A DNA stretch of 64,000 bases from Collinsella sp. (GTDB lineage Bacteria; Actinomycetota; Coriobacteriia; Coriobacteriales; Coriobacteriaceae). The notes under the pieces were generated by a model. The model saw nothing but the letters and a program-made list of their open reading frames with translations. It did no database searches and had not been told where the DNA came from. This document shows, one piece after another, positions 57,073 to 64,000 of this stretch; position 1 is the stretch's first letter, and every line of letters starts with the position of its first letter. Both the position numbers and the translations under genes were made by a program. The stretch spans positions 7,609-71,608 of the forward strand of contig JAXEGS010000044.1 in assembly GCA_034102905.1 (NCBI GenBank), given 5' to 3'.

Positions 57073-58101
57073 ATGGAACAGCTGGAGCCCGTGCGCGTCG
57101 CCGTCGACGTCCTCGGCGGGGACGAGCCGCCCCAGGTGGTGCTCGACGGCATCGCCGACGCCCTCTCCCGCGATCCGGCGCTCACGGTCGTGGCCGTGGG
57201 CCCCGCCTCGCTCGTCGAGCCCTTCGCGGCCGCCCATGAGCGCGCCGAGGCCCTCGTCTCCGAGGACGCCATAGACATGGGCGACGACCCCATCCGCGCG
57301 GTCATGACCAAGCGGAGGAGCTCCGTGGTCGTGGGCTGCCGCGCGGTCAAGCGCGGCCAGGCGGCCGGCTTCTTCTCCGCGGGATCGACCGGGGCGCTCG
57401 TCGCAGCCGGCACGGCCTACATCACGCCGTTCAAGGTGGGGGAGGAATCCGGCGCCCGCCCCCTCCGCCCCTGCATCACCTCGCCGATCCCGAACCGCGC
57501 GGGCGGCTTCACCGTCTTCGCCGACATGGGCGGCAGCCCCGACGTCGAGCCCGCCGACCTCGTCCGCTTCGCCCAGATGGGCGTCGCCTACGCCGAGACG
57601 GTGCTCGGGGTCGCCTCGCCGCGCGTGGGGCTGCTCTCCAACGGCACCGAGGAGCACAAGGGCTCCGCGTTCACGAAGGCCTGCTTCCCGCTGCTCCAGG
57701 CCGAGGTCCCGGGTTTCTCGGGCAACTGCGAGGGCGGGGACATCACCTCGGGTGCCTTCGACGTCGTCGTCTGCGACGGCTTCACGGGCAACGTGGCGCT
57801 CAAGGCCACCGAGGGCGCGGCGAAGTTCCTGATGGGCGAGATCAAGGACGCCCTCATGGCCTCGCTCGCCGGCAAGCTCGCCGCCCTCCTCATGGGGCGC
57901 TCCCTCAGGGCGGTCAGGGACCGGCTCTCGGGCGATGCCCACGGGGGCGCCATGCTCCTGGGGCTGCGCGGCGTGCTCCTGATCGGGCACGGCGCCACGA
58001 GCGTGGAGGCGGTCTCGAACGGCACCCGCGCCACCGCCGCCGCGATCCGCGGGGGGCTTGTGGCGAAGGTCGCCGCCGCCGTCCCCGGGATCGTCTCGTA
58101 A
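57073..58101 (+). CDS. plsX: Phosphate acyltransferase PlsX
   Basis: 342 aa. VAVDVLGGDEPP, VVCDGFTGNVALK. Confidence 0.95.
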   Translation: MEQLEPVRVAVDVLGGDEPPQVVLDGIADALSRDPALTVVAVGPASLVEPFAAAHERAEALVSEDAIDMGDDPIRAVMTKRRSSVVVGCRAVKRGQAAGFFSAGSTGALVAAGTAYITPFKVGEESGARPLRPCITSPIPNRAGGFTVFADMGGSPDVEPADLVRFAQMGVAYAETVLGVASPRVGLLSNGTEEHKGSAFTKACFPLLQAEVPGFSGNCEGGDITSGAFDVVVCDGFTGNVALKATEGAAKFLMGEIKDALMASLAGKLAALLMGRSLRAVRDRLSGDAHGGAMLLGLRGVLLIGHGATSVEAVSNGTRATAAAIRGGLVAKVAAAVPGIVS

Positions 58102-58173
58102 ACCAGCTGGGGTACCATAGGGCCTAAGACAACGCCGGGCGGCCGCCCGGCATCACCGAGAGGAGTGAGCCGC

Positions 58174-58416
58174 ATGGAGCGCACGGAGATTCTTGAGAAG
58201 GTCGGCGCGATCGCCGCGGATGTGCTCGGCATCGACGCCGCCGAGATCACGGAGAAGACCACCTTCGACGACCTGGACGCCGATTCCCTCGACCGCCTGC
58301 AGCTCGTCACCGCCATGGAGGACGAGTTCGACATCGAGATCCCCGACGAGCGCCTGGAGGCCATCGGGTCGGTCTCCGACGCCGTCGAGGCCATCGAGTC
58401 CGTGCTGGAGGCGTGA
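58174..58416 (+). CDS. acpP: Acyl carrier protein
   Basis: 80 aa from ATG 58174 (GAGAGGAG 8 nt upstream); GTG 58165 is an alternative. Phosphopantetheine site LDADSLD. Confidence 0.95.
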   Translation: MERTEILEKVGAIAADVLGIDAAEITEKTTFDDLDADSLDRLQLVTAMEDEFDIEIPDERLEAIGSVSDAVEAIESVLEA

Positions 58417-59165
58417 GTCCTTCCGTGACGGCATCCAAGCGAATCGAGCGGGCCGAGGAGATCTGCGGCCACGCCTTCCAAGACCGGCAGCTGCTCCGCG
58501 CCGCCCTCACGCACCCCTCGGCGGTGGAGGGCCAGCTCGTCTCGGCCTCCTACGAGCGCCTCGAGTTCCTCGGCGACTCGATTTTGGGGTCGGTCGTGGC
58601 GCTCGCGCTCTTCAAGAGCTACCCCGAGCTCGACGAGGGCAAGCTCACACGGCTGAAGGTCTCCCTCGTCTCGGGCATGACCCTCTCAGAGGTGGGCGAT
58701 GAGCTGGGCCTCGGCCCCCTCATTATCTTCGGCGCCTCCGAGACCGGCACCGGCGCCCGCGGCCTGCACTCCGCCCTCGAGAACGTCTACGAGTCCCTCG
58801 TGGGCGCCCTCTACCTCGACGGCGGCTGGGAGGCGGCCGAGGCCTTCATCTCCCGCACGCTCCGCCCGCACCTCGCGGCCGAGCGCGCCGAGCACCCCAC
58901 GAACCCCAAGTCCTTCCTACAGGAGCGCGCCCAGGCCGATCACCTCGGCACCCCCGCCTACAAGCTCGTGGACACCTCGGGGCCGGCGCACGAGCCCATC
59001 TTCACGGCCGTCGCCCTCATCGACGGGGCGCGCCAGGGCCGCGGGGTGGGCTCGTCCAAGAAGGAGGCCGAGGCCGCGGCGGCGCTCGACGCCCTCGAGC
59101 GGCTCGGCTACACCACCAACGGCGTCATCCTCGAGAGGAAGCACGGTCAGCCCGCATGTTCCTGA
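58413..59165 (+). CDS. rnc: Ribonuclease III
   Basis: 250 aa. Signature ERLEFLGDSIL and a C-terminal dsRBD (GVGSSKKEAEAAAA). GTG overlaps the acpP stop. Confidence 0.95.
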   Translation: MSPSVTASKRIERAEEICGHAFQDRQLLRAALTHPSAVEGQLVSASYERLEFLGDSILGSVVALALFKSYPELDEGKLTRLKVSLVSGMTLSEVGDELGLGPLIIFGASETGTGARGLHSALENVYESLVGALYLDGGWEAAEAFISRTLRPHLAAERAEHPTNPKSFLQERAQADHLGTPAYKLVDTSGPAHEPIFTAVALIDGARQGRGVGSSKKEAEAAAALDALERLGYTTNGVILERKHGQPACS

Positions 59166-62100
59166 AATCGCTCACGCTCAAGGGCTTCAAGTCCTTCGCC
59201 GACCGCGCCCACATGACCTTCGAGCCCGGCCTCACGGTGATCGTGGGCCCCAACGGCTCGGGTAAGTCGAACGTGTCCGACGCGATCCTCTGGGTGCTCG
59301 GCGAGCAGAGCGCCAAGCAGCTGCGCGGCCAGGCCATGGAGGACGTCATCTTCTCCGGCTCCTCGGCGCGCCAGCCCGTGGGCGTGGCCGAGGTCACCCT
59401 CGTGCTCGACAACTCCGACCACCTCCTGCCGGTCGATTTCAATGAGGTCGCCATCACACGGCGCATGTACCGCTCCGGCGAGAGCGAGTACCTGATCAAC
59501 CAGAGCCCCTGCCGCCTCATGGACATCCAGGACATCCTGCATGACTCCGGCCTCGGCAAGGACACCCACTCGATCATCTCCCAGGGCAAGCTCGACGCGA
59601 TCCTGCAGAGCCGTCCCGAGGAGCGGCGCTCCCTCATCGAGGAGGCTGCCGGCATCTCCAAGCACAAGCGCCGCAAGGAGCGCGCCCTCAAGAAGATCGC
59701 CTCGATGGACGCGCACCTCACGCGCGCCCGCGACATCAACCGCGAGCTCGCCCGCCAACTCAAGCCGCTCGAGCGCCAGGTGGACCGCGCCCGCAAGTAC
59801 CGCGACCTCACCGAGCGCGCCGGCGAGCTCACGCGCATCCTCGCCGTCGACGAGCTCCGCCGCCTCCAGGCGCGCTGGGCCGAGATGGAGTCGGGCGCCA
59901 AGGAGGCCGCGGCCGAGCTCGAGCTCGCGCGCTACCGCGTGGCCGAGCGCGAGCGCGACCTCGAGAAGCTTCAGGTCATGCTCGAGGAGAAGGGGCTCTT
60001 CGTCGGCGATTTGGGTGAGCGCCGCCGGCATATGCAGGATGTGGTGGGCCGGATCGGCTCCGACATGCGCCTGCTCGAGGAGAAGGGCCGCAACATGGTA
60101 CGGCAGCTCTCCGAGACCCGCGGCACGCTCTCGGGCTCCGAGCACCAGCGCCGCCGCGTTGCCGATGAGCTCGCCGAGGTGGAGGCGAAGCTCGCCGACG
60201 TGAGGGGCGAGCTCGGCGCGGCCCGGGACGACCTCGCGGCCGCCGAGCCCGCCGCACGCGAGCTGCACGAGCGCCGGGTGGCCCTTGACCAGCGGATCTC
60301 CGAGCTCAACCGCGACGAGCGCGCCCGGGCGCGCCGGGTTGACGAGCTCTCCCTCGAGCTCGCCCGCGTGCGCGAGTCGCTCTCCAACGCCGAGCTCGAG
60401 GACTCCATGTTCGCCTCGCGCCTGGAGCAGATCGACGAGGAGGCGGAGACGCTCACCGCCTCGCTCGCGCACCGCCGCGACCGGGTGGAGGAGCTCGACG
60501 CCGAGCTCGCCGCCGCCCGTAGTGCGCGCGATGCGGCCGCCGAGGGCGTGCGGACCGCCGAGAACGCCCTCGGGGCCCTCCGCGACCGCGAGCGGGCGGC
60601 CCGCGACCGCCTCGCCGAGACCCGCTCCGAGCTCTCCGGCCTCCGCCGCCTGGACGAGGCCGCGAGCGACGCCTCGCCGCTCGTCGCCCGCGTCGCCAAG
60701 GGGAGGCGCGAGCGCATCGCGGCCCGCTTGGGCGACGTCATCGAGGCGCCCGCCGAGCTCGAGGGCCTGGTCGAGCAGCTCCTCGCAACCGACATCGACG
60801 CCTTCGTGGTCGAGGGCGGAGACGACCTCGCCGAGGTCGCCGGCTTCGCCCTCGCGGAGTCCCGTGCGAGCGGCGAGGCCGTGGTGGTCGCGCGGACGGC
60901 GCCCGTCCAGGACGCGGCACCGGGCGCGGGCTACCGGCTCGTCGAGCGCCTGCAGGTGCGCGACGGCTACGGCGCGGCCGTGGCGGCGCTCCTCGGCGGC
61001 ATCCGCGTGGTCGAGTCCCTGGACGAGGCGCTCGCGGCCCCGGCGTCCCCGGGGACGGTCTACGTGACGGCTGAGGGCGCACGCGTCATGGGCGGGGCCC
61101 TCGTGCGCGTGGGCGCCGCCGGCGACGTCGCCGAGGGTGCGCTCGAGCGCAAGCGCCGCATCCGCGAGCTCGCGGGCGCCGAGCCCGATCTCGCGGCCGT
61201 CCTCGAGCACGCGGCGGCCCAGGTGGCCGAGGCCGAGGAGGCCCTCGCTGCCGCCCGGGGCGCGCGGGACGCGTCCGCCGGCGAGATCGCCCGCCTCGAC
61301 GGCGAGCGCTCCTCGGCCCTCTCCGAGGTGGGCCGCCTGGAGCAGGCCCTCTCCCGTGCCGGCTCCGAGCGCGAGCAGCTCGCCCGCCGCCGCGAGGAGG
61401 CCGCCGAGCAGGTCCGCGCCGCCCAGCCGCGCGTCGACGAGCTCACCTCCGAGCGCGATCGGGTGTCCGCCGAGATCGAGGGCATCCGCGCCGAGGCCGC
61501 CGAGGCGGCCGACGAGCTCGACCGCGTGCGGACTGGGGACACCGAGGCCTCCGGCCGCGTCGCCGACGCGAAGGTCCGCCTCGCCCAGGCGACCGAGCGC
61601 GAGCGGAGCCTCGCCGCCCGCGCACCCGAGCTCTCGCATCGCCTCGAGGGCATCGACCGTCGCATCCGCGCCGCCGAGCAGTCCTCCCGCTCCCTCGAGG
61701 TGCTCCGCCTGCGCATCGACCCGCTCCACAGCCGCTATGAGGCGCTCCTCGAGCGCGCCCTCGACTGGGCCGAGCGCCTGCGCGACCAGGCCTCCCTCGC
61801 CGAGGCCGACTCCGGCGAGCTCAGGGAGACGATCGAGGCCGCGAAGGCCGAGGTCGCCCGCGCGAAGGAGGCCGCCGAGCGCGCCTCCTCCTCCGTCGCT
61901 GAGTCCAAGGTGGCCCGCGGCAAGCTCGAGGTCCAGGTCGAGAACGCCATCGCCCAGGTCACGGCCGACGGCGCCGTGCTCGAGGAGGCATTGGAGCTCC
62001 CGGCACCCGAGGACCCGGCGGCCTGCCGCCGCGAGCTCGAGGACCTCGCCCGCCAGATCAACAATCTTGGTCCGGTGAACCAGGTGGCCTTCCAGGAGTA

Positions 62101-62686
62101 CGAGCGCCTGCGCGAGCGCGCCGACTACGTGGCCGCCCAGCTCGCCGACCTCGAGGCCGCCCGCAAATCGCTCACGAAGATCACGAACGCGATCGACCGC
62201 AAGATGCGCAACCAGTTCCTCGTCACCTTCGCCAAGGTCGACGAGAACTTCCGCGAGGTCTTCGCGATGCTCTTCCCCGGCGGCCAGGCGCACCTCGAGA
62301 TGACCGATCCCGAGCATCCGGCCGAGACCGGCATCGAGGTCGTGGCCCAGCCCCGCGGCAAACGGATCGCGAAGATGATGCTCATGAGCGGCGGCGAGAA
62401 GTCGCTGACGGCGCTCGCGCTCCTCTTCGCCGTGTACCGCACGCGCACGGTTCCCTTCTACGTGCTCGACGAGGTCGAGGCCGCGCTCGACGACTCGAAC
62501 CTCGGCAAGCTCATCGGGGCGATCGACCACTTGCGCCGCACCACGCAGCTCATCGTCATCAGCCACCAGCGCCGCACGATGGAGGACGCCGATGTGCTCT
62601 ACGGCGTGTCCATGCAGGCCGACGGCGTGAGCCGGGTGGTCAGCCAGAAACTCGACCGCGAGACCGGAAAGGTTGTGAGTGCATAA
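59156..62686 (+). CDS. smc: Chromosome partition protein SMC
   Basis: 1176 aa. Walker A GPNGSGKSN, long coiled coils, a hinge, LSGGEKSLTALAL and VLDEVEAALD. Confidence 0.97.
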   Translation: MFLKSLTLKGFKSFADRAHMTFEPGLTVIVGPNGSGKSNVSDAILWVLGEQSAKQLRGQAMEDVIFSGSSARQPVGVAEVTLVLDNSDHLLPVDFNEVAITRRMYRSGESEYLINQSPCRLMDIQDILHDSGLGKDTHSIISQGKLDAILQSRPEERRSLIEEAAGISKHKRRKERALKKIASMDAHLTRARDINRELARQLKPLERQVDRARKYRDLTERAGELTRILAVDELRRLQARWAEMESGAKEAAAELELARYRVAERERDLEKLQVMLEEKGLFVGDLGERRRHMQDVVGRIGSDMRLLEEKGRNMVRQLSETRGTLSGSEHQRRRVADELAEVEAKLADVRGELGAARDDLAAAEPAARELHERRVALDQRISELNRDERARARRVDELSLELARVRESLSNAELEDSMFASRLEQIDEEAETLTASLAHRRDRVEELDAELAAARSARDAAAEGVRTAENALGALRDRERAARDRLAETRSELSGLRRLDEAASDASPLVARVAKGRRERIAARLGDVIEAPAELEGLVEQLLATDIDAFVVEGGDDLAEVAGFALAESRASGEAVVVARTAPVQDAAPGAGYRLVERLQVRDGYGAAVAALLGGIRVVESLDEALAAPASPGTVYVTAEGARVMGGALVRVGAAGDVAEGALERKRRIRELAGAEPDLAAVLEHAAAQVAEAEEALAAARGARDASAGEIARLDGERSSALSEVGRLEQALSRAGSEREQLARRREEAAEQVRAAQPRVDELTSERDRVSAEIEGIRAEAAEAADELDRVRTGDTEASGRVADAKVRLAQATERERSLAARAPELSHRLEGIDRRIRAAEQSSRSLEVLRLRIDPLHSRYEALLERALDWAERLRDQASLAEADSGELRETIEAAKAEVARAKEAAERASSSVAESKVARGKLEVQVENAIAQVTADGAVLEEALELPAPEDPAACRRELEDLARQINNLGPVNQVAFQEYERLRERADYVAAQLADLEAARKSLTKITNAIDRKMRNQFLVTFAKVDENFREVFAMLFPGGQAHLEMTDPEHPAETGIEVVAQPRGKRIAKMMLMSGGEKSLTALALLFAVYRTRTVPFYVLDEVEAALDDSNLGKLIGAIDHLRRTTQLIVISHQRRTMEDADVLYGVSMQADGVSRVVSQKLDRETGKVVSA

Positions 62687-63600
62687 TGGGATTCTTCGAT
62701 TCGCTCAAGCGGGGGCTCGAGCGCAGCCGCGAGGCCATCAACGAGGTCTTCTACTTCGGCGGCGAGGTGGACGAGGGCTTCTGGGAGAACCTCGAGGATA
62801 CGCTCGTCATGGGCGACCTCGGCGCCGAGATCGCGCTCAAGGTCACCGACGACCTCCGCGACGAGGCGGCCCGCAGGAACCTCACGACCGCCCCGCAGCT
62901 CCGTCGCGCCCTCGCCGAGCGCCTGGAGGAGATCTTCGCCGCCCCCGCGGCCGACCCCTTCCGCGACACCCCCTCCTGCGTGCTCTTCGTCGGCATCAAC
63001 GGGGCGGGGAAGACCACGACCGTGGGCAAGATCGCGAGCGCCGAGGCGGCGCGCGGCACGCGCACGGTCATCGGCAGCGCCGACACCTTCCGGGCCGCCG
63101 CGATCGAGCAACTCGACGTCTGGGGCACGCGCGCCGGGGTCCCCGTGGTCAAGCGCGAGCGGGGGAGTGACCCCGCGAGCGTCTGCTTCGACGTGCTCGA
63201 CGAGGCCGATCGCACGGGTGCGGACCTCGTGCTCATCGACACGGCGGGGCGCCTCCACACCTCGCCCGAGCTCATGCGCGAGCTCGCCAAGGTCGTGAAC
63301 GTGACCCGCAAGCGCGCCGAGAAGATGAAGGCCGGCCCCATGGCCGTCCGCGTGATCCTCGTGATCGACGCCGCCACGGGCCAGAACGGCCTCAACCAGG
63401 CGCTTGAGTTCAACGAGGCCCTGGGGCTCGACGGCATCATCCTGACCAAGCTCGACGGCACGGCAAAGGGCGGCATCGCGCTCGCCGTCGCCTCGCGCCT
63501 CGGGCTCCCGATCGTGCGCGTGGGCGTGGGCGAGCAGGTGGACGACCTCATGGCCTTCGATGCCCACGACTTCGCCCGGGCCCTCGTGGGCGAGGAGTAG
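62686..63600 (+). CDS. ftsY: Signal recognition particle receptor FtsY
   Basis: 304 aa. GINGAGKTTTVGK, DTAGRLH, TKLDGTAKGG. The start overlaps the smc stop (TAATG). Confidence 0.96.
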   Translation: MGFFDSLKRGLERSREAINEVFYFGGEVDEGFWENLEDTLVMGDLGAEIALKVTDDLRDEAARRNLTTAPQLRRALAERLEEIFAAPAADPFRDTPSCVLFVGINGAGKTTTVGKIASAEAARGTRTVIGSADTFRAAAIEQLDVWGTRAGVPVVKRERGSDPASVCFDVLDEADRTGADLVLIDTAGRLHTSPELMRELAKVVNVTRKRAEKMKAGPMAVRVILVIDAATGQNGLNQALEFNEALGLDGIILTKLDGTAKGGIALAVASRLGLPIVRVGVGEQVDDLMAFDAHDFARALVGEE

Positions 63601-63655
63601 GGGACTGCCCGCACGGCCGCCAGGCTGCGGGTGCCACCGCATACATTCGCTTGAG

Positions 63656-63689
63656 CCAAGGCCCCGCCGTGCGCACGGCGGGGCCTTGG
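63656..63689 (+). terminator. Hairpin terminator after ftsY
   Basis: CCAAGGCCCCGCCGT-GCGC-ACGGCGGGGCCTTGG is a perfect 15-bp stem, followed by CCTTGTTCT. Confidence 0.7.
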
Positions 63690-63739
63690 CCTTGTTCTGG
63701 GGGGCTGCCAGGACGGGGGCGGCCGTCCCGCGAGGCCCC

Positions 63740-64000
63740 TCAAGCCGATTCTGCCCGCACGCCTGCAGCCTCGCCCTCTCGGGGCACGCGCGCCTCCCCG
63801 ACTCGGACGAGGATCATCACGACGAGGGGAAGCCCCTGGAAGAGGGGGAGGAAGTACCGGATGATCATACAGGGTCCGAACAGGTTGCTGAGCGCGAGCC
63901 ATGCGAGGGGCATGAGGGCGGCGAGCCCCGTGCGGTCGCGGACCGCGCGGGCGCGGAGGAGCGCGAGCACGAGGACGAGCAGGTGCGCGGGAATGGAGAC
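63740..64000 (-). CDS. 3' end of a membrane-protein gene running off the window
   Basis: The frame is open from the window edge to the stop at 63740. The sequence is hydrophobic (LLVLVLALL...LMPLAWLALSNLFGPCMIIRYFLPLFQGLPLVVMILV). No family can be assigned from this fragment. Confidence 0.4.
   Translation of the reverse strand, partial: VSIPAHLLVLVLALLRARAVRDRTGLAALMPLAWLALSNLFGPCMIIRYFLPLFQGLPLVVMILVRVGEARVPREGEAAGVRAESA

Noticed and set aside
59147-62566. 1139-aa ORF on the - strand
   Set aside because: It is antisense to smc. Its Leu/Gly/Ala/Glu-rich repetitive translation mirrors the SMC coiled coil. It is a shadow ORF.

Overview
This is a 64-kb window of a high-G+C, Gram-positive-type chromosome. 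Gene content and order point to an anaerobic actinobacterium of the Coriobacteriia type; this is inference only, nothing was searched. The relevant gene runs are asp23-yloV-recG-rsmD-coaD-yceD-rpmF-plsX-acpP-rnc-smc-ftsY, priA-def-fmt-rsmB, a glgB-glgP-glgC-glgD-glgA operon, and adhE. I can support about 50 protein-coding genes, one frameshifted gene, several intrinsic terminators and a few operator or promoter candidates. I found no rRNA or tRNA genes, CRISPR arrays, transposases, integrases, or recognisable phage or defence genes. Most entries in the ORF track are antisense or out-of-frame shadow ORFs, as expected at this G+C content. The layout is: (1) 0-12 kb, a cell-envelope block with an MprF-flippase-like protein, a YknXYZ/MacAB-like efflux trio, an ABC plus two-component module with a frameshifted permease, and an L,D-transpeptidase; (2) 12-26 kb, housekeeping genes (sdaA, gltX, metK, coaX, an OPT transporter, priA, def, fmt, rsmB); (3) 26-40 kb, a glycogen/maltodextrin block; (4) 40-64 kb, adhE and a conserved housekeeping run. 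I did not find a clear novel multi-gene system. The features most worth a second look are: a 164-nt nested-palindromic element present twice, in the two largest intergenic gaps; a ~260-aa Lys/Arg/Ala/Pro-rich tail on GlgA, with a shorter Lys-rich tail on GlgB; an AT-rich orphan island between two convergent terminators that carries a promoter-like signal, a Shine-Dalgarno site and a small ORF; a GH13-GH77 fusion enzyme; duplicated Rex-like operators in the adhE leader; and a homopolymer frameshift in a double-FtsX permease.
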